This document shows, piece after piece, positions 29,595-38,614 of a stretch of 64,000 nt of DNA. The translations under genes and the position numbers were made by a program. The stretch's first letter is position 1. Each line of letters opens with the position of its first letter. The stretch covers positions 30,521 through 94,520 of the IMG/VR virus record IMGVR_UViG_3300032323_003820. One strand, given 5' to 3'. This DNA is from a virus. The notes beneath the pieces were generated by a model that was not told the DNA's origin, did not search any database, and saw only the letters and a program-made list of their open reading frames with translations.

Positions 29595-31847
29595 ATGTTA
29601 AGAAATTTATTTTTATTATTGGTTTTACCAATATTCAGTTTTTCCCAAGACACATTGTTCAATCAAAAGTTAGATGAAGTTAAAATTAAAAGTACAACTA
29701 AGAAAGAAACCAACATTGCAGTAATCAATATTGTAAGAAACAGTTCAGTCGTTTCTGATGGACTTTCAGTAGAGTTTATCAAAAAAACTCCTGATAGAAC
29801 TGTCGGAGATGCCCTCAAAAGAGTAAATGGAGTAACAATTCAAAACGACAAGTTTGTTTTGGTTAGAGGATTATCAGATAGGTATAATTCAGCAATACTT
29901 AATAAAACTCTTCTTCCTTCAACTGAACCTGACAGAAGAGCATTTTCATTTGATATTATCCCATCTAACTTAATAGATAATATTATTGTTTCAAAATCAG
30001 CAATCGCATCATTACCTGGCGATTTTGGTGGTGGTATAATTCAGGTGAACACTAAAGATGTATCGAAAAATTTTTTTACGATAGGAATGGGTTCGGGTTA
30101 CGGGACCGTTTCCACATTCCAAAAATTCAGCTCGGTGGAATATATTCCGTTTCCCATGAACTTTCCGTCCACATACGATTTTAGAGTTTCTTCAAATGGT
30201 GATAGAAGAGCGTTTACTAAACTAATAGGGTCTCCTAACTCTAAAACAACAAATTCATTTCCTAACCTAAATGGTAATTTGTCTTTTGGTTATAAAAAAG
30301 ATAAATGGAATTTGTTAATGTCGGCAAATGCAAGAAATTCATTTTCTCTAAATTTTATTGACAGACAAGATTATCAATCATCTACTGAATTGGCTTACAA
30401 ATATAAAGACACGTCATTTACAAAAGTATTTTTGGTTAATGGGTTAATGAACCTAACTTATTTAGGTCAAAACAAATATTCTTGGAAAACATTATTTAAT
30501 CACCAAATTGAAAATTCTTATCTGACAAGAAATGGTGAGAATTATGATAACGTACAAGATGTTAGAAGTAATTCTTCTAATAATATTGTTAAGACAATTG
30601 TAAATTCACAATTTGATGGTAAGATAAAAACTTTAGATTTTAATGTTGGTTGGAACTTGATGATTAGAGACCAGCCTGACTATAGAGTCAACCCTATTGC
30701 AAAGTCATTAGGGACGAATACAGAGTATACAACCGCTTGGAGAGACACATACAGGTTTTGGTCTGTAATGGACGAGAATTCATTCAATGGTTCGTTAAAT
30801 AAGGAGATAAACGATTTCAAGGTTGGTGTATCTTATTTGAAAAAATTAAGAAATTTTAAAGCAAGAATTTTCAGATATGATGCTGAAGATATGTTAAATG
30901 AAATAACAAATAACACTGACAAATATGGTGCCGATTTTGATTTGGGTGCTGGATATGTTCAATACGATAAAACACTTGGAAAACTCAAGGTAAATGGTGG
31001 ACTTAGAACTGAATATAATTTATTCAATGTCGAAACATCAGATTTCAGCGGACAACAGGTTCAGGTGAATAGAGAGTATTTGGACTTCTTACCTTCTATC
31101 AACCTTTCATATAATTTAGAGAAAACAAAATTCAGAACTTCATTTTCCAAAACACTTTCAAGACCTGAGTTTAGAGAAGTTGCTAATTTTGCATATTACG
31201 ATTTCGTAAGAAATGCACAACTCTTAGGTAATACAAATTTAGAAAAGACTGACATCTATAATTTAGACCTTAAGTGGGAATACTATCCAAAATCAGGTGA
31301 GAATGTATCAGTCGCTCTATTCGGTAAGAACTTTGTAAGACCAATAGAACAAATAGTGGCAGATGGTTCAGTACCATCCAATCTTCTTTTAACTTTCACA
31401 AATCCTGACAGAGCAAATGTTTATGGTATTGAATTTGAACTTAGAAAACAAATTAACAAATGGTTAGATGTTTATACAAATTCTACAATATCAAACTCAC
31501 ATGTTGAAGTTAATGGGGTGGGAAGACAATTACAAGGACAATCAAACTACGTGGTTAATGGTGGTTTGAATTTCCATAAAGGAAATAATACATTTAACAT
31601 TTCATATAACAGAGTGGGTGATAGAATTTCTGCAGTAGGATTTCAGGGTTATGCAGATATATTCGAAAACTCAAGAGACGTAATAGACATTGTTTACCTA
31701 TTAAAAATTAAAAACGGTGAACTTAAAATCGCGGTTGGTGACATATTAGCTCAACCAACGGTATACTATCAAAAAATAAACAACAGAGAGTTAATTAAAA
31801 CAAATAACGAACAAACTCTCTCGGTTTCGCTAAACTTAAATTTATGA
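29595..31847 (+). CDS. TonB-dependent outer membrane receptor
   Basis: Signal peptide, plug motif (DALKRVNGVT..VRGLSDRYN..FDIIPSNLID), beta-barrel repeats, C-terminal alternating strand. Confidence 0.9.
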   Translation: MLRNLFLLLVLPIFSFSQDTLFNQKLDEVKIKSTTKKETNIAVINIVRNSSVVSDGLSVEFIKKTPDRTVGDALKRVNGVTIQNDKFVLVRGLSDRYNSAILNKTLLPSTEPDRRAFSFDIIPSNLIDNIIVSKSAIASLPGDFGGGIIQVNTKDVSKNFFTIGMGSGYGTVSTFQKFSSVEYIPFPMNFPSTYDFRVSSNGDRRAFTKLIGSPNSKTTNSFPNLNGNLSFGYKKDKWNLLMSANARNSFSLNFIDRQDYQSSTELAYKYKDTSFTKVFLVNGLMNLTYLGQNKYSWKTLFNHQIENSYLTRNGENYDNVQDVRSNSSNNIVKTIVNSQFDGKIKTLDFNVGWNLMIRDQPDYRVNPIAKSLGTNTEYTTAWRDTYRFWSVMDENSFNGSLNKEINDFKVGVSYLKKLRNFKARIFRYDAEDMLNEITNNTDKYGADFDLGAGYVQYDKTLGKLKVNGGLRTEYNLFNVETSDFSGQQVQVNREYLDFLPSINLSYNLEKTKFRTSFSKTLSRPEFREVANFAYYDFVRNAQLLGNTNLEKTDIYNLDLKWEYYPKSGENVSVALFGKNFVRPIEQIVADGSVPSNLLLTFTNPDRANVYGIEFELRKQINKWLDVYTNSTISNSHVEVNGVGRQLQGQSNYVVNGGLNFHKGNNTFNISYNRVGDRISAVGFQGYADIFENSRDVIDIVYLLKIKNGELKIAVGDILAQPTVYYQKINNRELIKTNNEQTLSVSLNLNL

Positions 31848-33043
31848 AAAAACTTCTAACAGCTGTCCTGTTCTCAACAATCTTATTAAGTTGTAAAAAA
31901 GAATTAGGAGGTGGAACACCACCAATTAACGTACCCTCTCAGACTACCTTGACGGGTAACATCAATCAAACAACAACTTTAACATCTGACAAAGTATGGA
32001 CCTTAAAAGGGTACGTATATGTTACAGACGGAGCAAAGTTAATTATCCAACCAGGAACAACAATTATATCTGATGTTGCTGAAAAAGGTGCACTTTGTAT
32101 AGAAAGAGGTGCTCAAATTATTGCAGAGGGAACTCCTGAAAAACCAATCATTTTTACTTCAGGTAAAAACGCTGGTGAAAAAGCACCTGGTGATTGGGGT
32201 GGAATTGTAATTTTGGGAAGAGCTAAAACTAACAGAAGTTCTGAACCAACAATCGAAGGTGGCATTGGTAGACCTTTCGGTGGAACTAATGATGCTGACA
32301 ACAGTGGTATTCTGAAGTATGTAAGAATTGAGTACGCAGGTATTGCCGCACTTCCTAACTCAGAAATCAACGCATTAACATTGGGTGGAGTTGGTAGTGG
32401 AACTGTAATAGAATATGTTCAAACAGTTTACGCTAACGATGATGCGTTTGAGTTCTTCGGTGGAACAGTATCTCCAAAATACCTTTATGCATTTGCAACT
32501 GCGGATGATGATTTTGATTTTGACTTTGGATACACAGGAACAATCACAAATGGTGTGGCAAAAAGAGACCCACAATTTGTAGATAATGGTGACACAGGTA
32601 ATGGAGTAGAGTGTGATAATGATGGTGTAGGTTCATTGGCTCAACCATTCACTCATCCAAAACTTCTTAACATGATTTTGGTTGGTCCAAACGACGCAAC
32701 ATCACTTCCGAATCACAACTTGGGTTTAAGATTCAGAAGAGCAACACAATTCACAATGAAAAATAGTGTGATTTGGGGTTGGATGAAAGGTGGTTTAAGT
32801 TTAGAGAGTAATGAAACTGCACAATTCGTTAAGGATGGAGTTTCAGTATTCGAAAATAACTCAGTGGGGACTTTCAATCCAACACTTAACTTTATTAGTA
32901 AAGCAACAACAATACTTACAAACGACCAATTAAAAACATTATCATTATCAAAAGGCAATTCAGAAATTACTTCAGTAATACCTGAACTTGCAACTCCACT
33001 TTGGATATCCAAATGGACAAGGTTTCCAACAAAAGGAAAATAA
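31844..33043 (+). CDS. Beta-helix lipoprotein partner of the TonB receptor
   Basis: LLSC lipobox; GDWGGIVILG, DNSGILKYVRIEYAG, DDAFEFFGG, DDDFD motifs. Confidence 0.8.
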   Translation: MKKLLTAVLFSTILLSCKKELGGGTPPINVPSQTTLTGNINQTTTLTSDKVWTLKGYVYVTDGAKLIIQPGTTIISDVAEKGALCIERGAQIIAEGTPEKPIIFTSGKNAGEKAPGDWGGIVILGRAKTNRSSEPTIEGGIGRPFGGTNDADNSGILKYVRIEYAGIAALPNSEINALTLGGVGSGTVIEYVQTVYANDDAFEFFGGTVSPKYLYAFATADDDFDFDFGYTGTITNGVAKRDPQFVDNGDTGNGVECDNDGVGSLAQPFTHPKLLNMILVGPNDATSLPNHNLGLRFRRATQFTMKNSVIWGWMKGGLSLESNETAQFVKDGVSVFENNSVGTFNPTLNFISKATTILTNDQLKTLSLSKGNSEITSVIPELATPLWISKWTRFPTKGK

Positions 33044-33051
33044 ATGAAACA

Positions 33052-33081
33052 AACCCTCACTTCGGTGGGGGTTTTTTATTT
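33052..33081 (+). terminator. Terminator, exact 30-bp copy 1
   Basis: AACCCTCACTTCGGTGGGGGTTTTTTATTT with UUCG loop. Confidence 0.85.
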
Positions 33082-33127
33082 AATAATTTCTTAAAGTGGG
33101 GGTCTATAAAATATTCTATTTATTGTT

Positions 33128-33829
33128 ATGAAAATCAAAGAATTATTAACAATAGTAATCCCGTGCAAAAATGAGGAGGAACTTATTTTATTAACTCTTG
33201 GATTATTGAATAAACAAAAGAATATTCGTGGGACCAGAATTATTATTTCAGATAGTTCGGACGACAATACAAGAAACTTAATTTCAAATAAAAAATTTGA
33301 CAACTTAAAGGTTGAAATTATTGAAGGGGGATTTCCGTCAAAAGCAAGAAATAATGGGGCTCTAATTTCTGAAACACCATATATTTTGTTTTTAGATGCG
33401 GATATGTTCCTAACAGACATTAACACTATAGAAAAATCTTTATCTTTTATAGTTGAAAACTCCTTATCTTTAGTTACTACTAAATTTAGAACTCAAGGAA
33501 AATATTTTTACGTATTCCCTATCTTCGAGTTTTTTAGAAATTGGTTTTTACATCATTCAGTTTGTGCGGTTGGGGGGTTTATGCTTTTTGATAGAGGAAT
33601 CTTTTTGGAGTTAGGGGGATTCGACCCAAATTATTTATTTGCCGAAGACTATGCATTGAGTAATAAAATAAACTATAAAGATTTTGGCATTGTAGATACA
33701 AAAATATATACAACAGACAGGAGGTTCAAAAAGAAAGGACTTTTCTATATGACAAAAATGATGATATTGTCCGTTTTGAACTCCAACAATCCAAAGTTTT
33801 TTCAACATCATCACAACTATTGGAAATGA
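33128..33829 (+). CDS. Family 2 glycosyltransferase
   Basis: IVIPCKNEE, SDDNT, ARNNGA, FLDAD, GGFD..AED, RRF. Confidence 0.9.
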   Translation: MKIKELLTIVIPCKNEEELILLTLGLLNKQKNIRGTRIIISDSSDDNTRNLISNKKFDNLKVEIIEGGFPSKARNNGALISETPYILFLDADMFLTDINTIEKSLSFIVENSLSLVTTKFRTQGKYFYVFPIFEFFRNWFLHHSVCAVGGFMLFDRGIFLELGGFDPNYLFAEDYALSNKINYKDFGIVDTKIYTTDRRFKKKGLFYMTKMMILSVLNSNNPKFFQHHHNYWK

Positions 33830-34617
33830 AAAAATATCAATATGTAATAGTTTCAGATTTACATTTGGGAACCAAAAATAGTAAATGCAATGAGTTTTTA
33901 GATTTTTTGGAAAATCATCCTTGTCATACTTTGATATTGAACGGAGACATTGTTGATGGGTGGGCTTTGAATCGAGGTTCAAAATGGAAAAAGAAACATA
34001 CCAAAGTAATATCCAAGTTATTGACTATGTCTAATGATACTAACATAATTTGGATAAGGGGTAATCACGATGAATTTCTGACTGAGTTTATAGGAGGTTC
34101 TTTTGGTAATATTCAATTCAAAGAAAATTATATTCTGAAAACTCAGGAATGGAAAACAAATGATTTATTTATCGATAGATATTTTTATGTCTTTCACGGA
34201 GATGTTATTGATATTTTTATTACAAAATATAAGTGGTTATCCAAAATAGGTGCAATAGGTTATGATTTTGCTCTCTGGTTAAATAGAGTGTACAACAAAT
34301 ACAGAACATGGAGAGGTCTGTCTTACCAATCTATTTCACAAAAGATAAAGGAGGGTGTGAAAACGGCAACCCTTTATGTAAATGATTTCGAAACCACCGC
34401 CATCCTGATGGCAGAGAAAGCTGGTTGCGAGGGTGTTATTTGCGGTCACATTCATCAGCCCTCCGATAGAGTAATTAATAATAAAAGATATTTAAATTCA
34501 GGAGATTGGGTTGAAAACATGACCGCTCTTGTTGTTGACAATAATGGACAAATAGAACTTAAAAAATATGAAAATAATAGAACTACTATTAAATTGGAAC
34601 ACGGGGAAGAAATTTAA
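33826..34617 (+). CDS. LpxH/PlcP-like metallophosphoesterase (phospholipase C-like)
   Basis: SDLHLG, GDIVDGW, GNHDE, HGD, CGHIH, NSGDWVE; ATGA overlap with GT2 stop. Confidence 0.8.
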   Translation: MKKYQYVIVSDLHLGTKNSKCNEFLDFLENHPCHTLILNGDIVDGWALNRGSKWKKKHTKVISKLLTMSNDTNIIWIRGNHDEFLTEFIGGSFGNIQFKENYILKTQEWKTNDLFIDRYFYVFHGDVIDIFITKYKWLSKIGAIGYDFALWLNRVYNKYRTWRGLSYQSISQKIKEGVKTATLYVNDFETTAILMAEKAGCEGVICGHIHQPSDRVINNKRYLNSGDWVENMTALVVDNNGQIELKKYENNRTTIKLEHGEEI

Positions 34618-34709
34618 TTTTGAAAGAGATATAATTTGGTCAGTAGTAATTTCATCGTTATTATTACTAATTTGTAATATAAGATTGTAAGTTTGTAATA
34701 ATTATTGTT

Positions 34710-35132
34710 ATGAAAATTATTATATCAGAATCACAAAGAAAAAAAATTGTTGATTCATTGATAGGTGAAAAAGTTATGGTTTATTATAACCTACACAAAC
34801 ATACCTTTTCAATTACAATACGTGGAATTGTTATGGCTCACGTAGATTATGTTAAATTAAAAAATGTTGAATTTAGGGTTAGGACTGGAGGAAAGGAAAT
34901 GGTTAGAACAAAAAAACAAAAGAATGTTCACGCTTTTGTGATTGGGACCTTGTTGGATTATTGTGAATACCCTTGTGAAAATTTACCTGAAGAACCTTTT
35001 GGTGAAGTGGTTACATATAATCCTTACAAACATGATAGTTTCGTCATCAAATCAACAGAACAACCTGTCTTCTATGCAAAATTGGTTGAAATGATAAACT
35101 CGAAAAATAAAATTTTTATCATAGAAAATTAA
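34710..35132 (+). CDS. Phage protein with YYNLH..KNVHAF..YNPY motifs and MKIIISESQ leader
   Basis: Motif-rich 140 aa ORF. Confidence 0.65.
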   Translation: MKIIISESQRKKIVDSLIGEKVMVYYNLHKHTFSITIRGIVMAHVDYVKLKNVEFRVRTGGKEMVRTKKQKNVHAFVIGTLLDYCEYPCENLPEEPFGEVVTYNPYKHDSFVIKSTEQPVFYAKLVEMINSKNKIFIIEN

Positions 35133-35153
35133 TAAAAAAACTATTTATATAAC

Positions 35154-35474
35154 ATGAAAATTATCATAACTGAAGCTCAACTTAAAAGATTAAATTTAGA
35201 AGAATTCGCAAAAAAAAGATTCACAGGTGCAGAAAAGATTGCCAATACGGCAAAAGAAAAGGGTGGACCTTCTATTCTTACCTACCAACATTTTGTGGTG
35301 AAACTACCATATTACAAGAAAGCTGGCGAAGGTAAGTTCAATGAAAAGGAATCGATTGAAGAATTCAAGAAGACATTAAAATCAATCTCTCTCGAAATGA
35401 CACAAAAAGAGTTCCAAACTGAAGTAGGTAGATTGGAGGTTCTAGGTGAATTAATTATAAAGAACAAAAAGTAA
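35154..35474 (+). CDS. Hypothetical protein with MKIIITEAQ leader
   Basis: TATTTAT at 35142-35148. Confidence 0.65.
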   Translation: MKIIITEAQLKRLNLEEFAKKRFTGAEKIANTAKEKGGPSILTYQHFVVKLPYYKKAGEGKFNEKESIEEFKKTLKSISLEMTQKEFQTEVGRLEVLGELIIKNKK

Positions 35475-35493
35475 AAAAAGTTATATATTATTG

Positions 35494-35523
35494 AACCCTC
35501 ACTTCGGTGGGGGTTTTTTATTT
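35494..35523 (+). terminator. Terminator, exact 30-bp copy 2
   Basis: Identical to 33052-33081. Confidence 0.85.
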
Positions 35524-35567
35524 GACATTATAAGATGTTATGACTAAATTATATAAAATTTTTTAAT

Positions 35568-35909
35568 ATGACAGTTTTATGTATTATCGGTTGGGTTGTC
35601 TCAGTTGCAACCTCTTTATTCTTAGCAAAAAATGCTTTTGATAAAATTAGAGGTACTGAAGAATCCAAAGGGAATTTCAAATTCATGAATTTAGAAAACT
35701 ATAGAATGGAGACAGGTGTTGGAGAAATGTTGGGAGCGGCTTTGCTTTTGGTTCCTGGTTTTTCAGTAATTGGTCTTGTTTTAATTTCTACTTTTATGGG
35801 TGGGGCAGTCGTTGCTCACTTATCTCTTATGGGAGGTAATAAAAAAGAGTTTCCGATTATGGTATGGGTTGGAGCACTTGTCGGATATTTGCTCAGAGCT
35901 TATTGCTAA
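35568..35909 (+). CDS. DoxX-like membrane protein
   Basis: Four hydrophobic segments; GVGEMLGAALLLVP..MGGAVVAH. Confidence 0.75.
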   Translation: MTVLCIIGWVVSVATSLFLAKNAFDKIRGTEESKGNFKFMNLENYRMETGVGEMLGAALLLVPGFSVIGLVLISTFMGGAVVAHLSLMGGNKKEFPIMVWVGALVGYLLRAYC

Positions 35910-35979
35910 GAAAAAAATTTCCACTCAGACCCCTTCACTTGTGAGGGGGTTTTTTATTTCCAAAATTATATTTATCTTT

Positions 35980-36213
35980 ATGAAAATAATAGTAACTGAG
36001 GCACAGTATAAACGCCTGAACGAATTATCTTCAAAGTCCAACGGAGTTGAAGAATTTATAGAGATGGTAAAATCAACAAAAGGATTATTAAAACACTTGG
36101 GGTTCAAAAATATGAAAGCTTTAGAAGACTTCATTACCGATAACGGTATTAAAGATTTTTATGAACTCAAAAAAGATGCTACAGATTTCAAAAAGAAATC
36201 TGAAGATAAATAA
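35980..36213 (+). CDS. Hypothetical protein with MKIIVTEAQ leader
   Basis: TATTTAT at 35969-35975 and upstream terminator place the start at 35980. Confidence 0.65.
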   Translation: MKIIVTEAQYKRLNELSSKSNGVEEFIEMVKSTKGLLKHLGFKNMKALEDFITDNGIKDFYELKKDATDFKKKSEDK

Positions 36214-36230
36214 ACAATTAATACACATTT

Positions 36231-37154
36231 ATGAAAATTAATGAAAAAGTACTAATCGGTATTCTTTCAGGTTTACTGATTATTTCGGTCGCGTTTATTA
36301 CTTGGCAAAGTAATACGAATAGAACCATAATCAAAGAGAAAGAAATTCAGTATGTTGAAATCAAAGAATCAAAAGACACTTTGGAAAAAGAACATTCTGA
36401 AACATTATCTAAGTTGGAAGAAGCGGAAATCAAAATCGACGGGTTGACAAACACAAACATCCAATCTGATAAAGAAATCAAATCTTTAAAAAGTAAGATA
36501 AAGAACATCTTATATAAGGAAAAGGTGACAGGTAAGGAATTACAAACTGCCAAAGTTTTAATCTCAGAACTCAACGTAAAAATCACCGATTACTTGAAAG
36601 AAAACGATGTATTGAAACAAAACAACATCAAACTGACTGAAGAAAAAACTTCATTACAAATGGATAAAAATCAGTTGGTTCAAGTTTTAGATTCAACAAG
36701 AGTTGAAAAATCTAAAGCAGACGATGTCATCGATTTGGGAAGTACCTTAGTCATATCTAATATAAGTGTTCAAGGTTTCAATGTTAAAGGTAAAAAAACT
36801 GATATTGCTGAGAAAATTCATAAGTTAAAGTTCTCATTTGTTATTAACGAGAATAGAATTTCTTCAAGTGGAAAGAAAACAATATATTTTGTTTTGATAA
36901 ATCCATTTGGTAAAGAAATCTCAATTGATGGTGTTTCGGAAGTGTTGAGTACAAAACAAAATGGTCAAAAGTTATTCACAGGAAAAAAACAACTCGACTA
37001 TTCTCAAGGACTAATTCAGAAAGCAGAATTTGACGTAGAAATGTCAAAAGTTTTTGTTGATGGAGTATATAAGGTTCAAATATACGAAAATGGTTTGTTG
37101 GTCGGAGAAAGTCGACTCGCACTCAAAAAGAAAAAGGTCTTAGGATTTTTATAG
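36231..37154 (+). CDS. Membrane-anchored coiled-coil protein with C-terminal beta domain
   Basis: N-terminal TM helix, long heptad region. Confidence 0.6.
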   Translation: MKINEKVLIGILSGLLIISVAFITWQSNTNRTIIKEKEIQYVEIKESKDTLEKEHSETLSKLEEAEIKIDGLTNTNIQSDKEIKSLKSKIKNILYKEKVTGKELQTAKVLISELNVKITDYLKENDVLKQNNIKLTEEKTSLQMDKNQLVQVLDSTRVEKSKADDVIDLGSTLVISNISVQGFNVKGKKTDIAEKIHKLKFSFVINENRISSSGKKTIYFVLINPFGKEISIDGVSEVLSTKQNGQKLFTGKKQLDYSQGLIQKAEFDVEMSKVFVDGVYKVQIYENGLLVGESRLALKKKKVLGFL

Positions 37155-37158
37155 TGAG

Positions 37159-37189
37159 AATCCCCCGAGAAATCGGGGGATTTTTTTTT
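37159..37189 (+). terminator. Intrinsic terminator
   Basis: ATCCCCCGA/TCGGGGGAT plus T-tract. Confidence 0.8.
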
Positions 37190-37216
37190 ATGTGATTCAA
37201 AATATTTATCTTTACA

Positions 37217-38089
37217 ATGAAATTACTCACATTAAAGGAATCTGAATTTTTTTCTATGTTAAAAACAATAGTTGAACAAGTTGAGACAGACTTGAACCAA
37301 TACGATGATAACGATTTTTTTGATGCTTTCGTTTATGTATTTAGAAAATGGGCAGCAAATAGGTTAGGGGAAGAATATGAAAAATATCCCTTTTCATATT
37401 TGTTGAAAACCTACGGACAGGAATTCTTGAACCAAATTTTTGGTGATAAGTATGATAAATATTTTGGTAGTGATGAAGTTTCCCTTTACCGACAAATGAT
37501 ACCAAGAATTGGGAAATACTTAGTCCAATCAGGAATTCATTCATTACCATCACTAAGAAACCAATCTAAGTTTACCAAAAAATATGCAAAACATATTTCT
37601 GCTTTGCTCGAAATATATTTAAGTGAATTTAATTTCGTTAGAACTGAAATCAAAGAAGACAAACCTTACGATGTTGATGTTTATTTTTATGTTGATTATC
37701 CTTCCTATTTGAAGTCCAAGTCTCGTACTTTAAATTCGTATAATATTGAAAGAGAATTACGAGACCTATTCGAACAACATTTAGGGGTTGAGTTTGGTAA
37801 CCCAGTTCACGGAAAAGTGAATCTCAAAATACACATCATAAAAGAAAACGAAGAATCGTGGATTAAAAATGTTTTGAATAAGGAAATAAAGAAACATATA
37901 AGAGAAATGGAAGGAGGTAGGTATGTACATTCAATCCGATTTGAACCCAAAGATAATGGAGCTACTATGAAGATAATCTACAAAGATTACGGATATAATA
38001 GCCTTTTCAAAGTATTCGAATTCAGAAATAGAGTTAGGCAGTATATTCAAGATTTAGGATATGACAAAATTTCCGTCGAAAACATTTAA
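37217..38089 (+). CDS. Hypothetical late protein with leader
   Basis: MKLLTLKESEF..IVEQ; TATTTAT at 37203-37209. Confidence 0.6.
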   Translation: MKLLTLKESEFFSMLKTIVEQVETDLNQYDDNDFFDAFVYVFRKWAANRLGEEYEKYPFSYLLKTYGQEFLNQIFGDKYDKYFGSDEVSLYRQMIPRIGKYLVQSGIHSLPSLRNQSKFTKKYAKHISALLEIYLSEFNFVRTEIKEDKPYDVDVYFYVDYPSYLKSKSRTLNSYNIERELRDLFEQHLGVEFGNPVHGKVNLKIHIIKENEESWIKNVLNKEIKKHIREMEGGRYVHSIRFEPKDNGATMKIIYKDYGYNSLFKVFEFRNRVRQYIQDLGYDKISVENI

Positions 38090-38131
38090 TAATTTATAAA
38101 ATTCAAATTTTTTTTATTATCTTTGTGAACG

Positions 38132-38479
38132 ATGGATTTCACAAAATTATTCATAGGAATTTTATTAGGGTTTTTAGGTCAAATTGGTTCCTTCATGCAA
38201 TTACAAGGAGCAATAAAGTATAATTGGTATGAAAAATATCTTTGGTTGATTTTAATTTTAAGTATACCTATAAGTTGGCTTTACATAAAATCTGTAACTT
38301 ATTTAGTCGAGGGTTTTGGGGGTGAAATTTGGCCGAGTAGGCTGATAGGATTTGCTGTCGGAATTATGGTTTTTAGTATGTTATCAATCATCCTATTCAA
38401 AGAAACCCTAACACTGAAAACAATTATTTGTCTACTTTTAAGTTTTTGTATAGTTTTCGTTCAGTTAGTTATGAAATGA
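38132..38479 (+). CDS. Small 4-TM membrane protein (DMT/EamA-like)
   Basis: Hydropathy, LFKETL motif; TATCTTTG at 38118-38125. Confidence 0.6.
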   Translation: MDFTKLFIGILLGFLGQIGSFMQLQGAIKYNWYEKYLWLILILSIPISWLYIKSVTYLVEGFGGEIWPSRLIGFAVGIMVFSMLSIILFKETLTLKTIICLLLSFCIVFVQLVMK

Positions 38480-38480
38480 T

Positions 38481-38552
38481 GGTCTCGTAGTTAAATGGAT
38501 ATAACAGTCGCCTTCTAAGCAACTATTCGTGGTTCGATTCCACGCGGGACTA
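38481..38552 (+). tRNA. tRNA-Arg(TCT)
   Basis: Cloverleaf, loop CTTCTAA, GGATA D-loop (A20). Confidence 0.9.
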
Positions 38553-38614
38553 CAGGAGCTTCGGAAACTCAAAAGGGGAGGATTTATATTCTCCCCTTTG
38601 TATATTTATAAAGT

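Noticed and set aside
35800-35979. Upstream extensions of ORF-track calls (also 5260, 8458, 40377, 49173, 58145, 59185)
   Set aside because: Extensions cross terminators, promoter motifs or neighbouring genes; downstream ATG starts fit better
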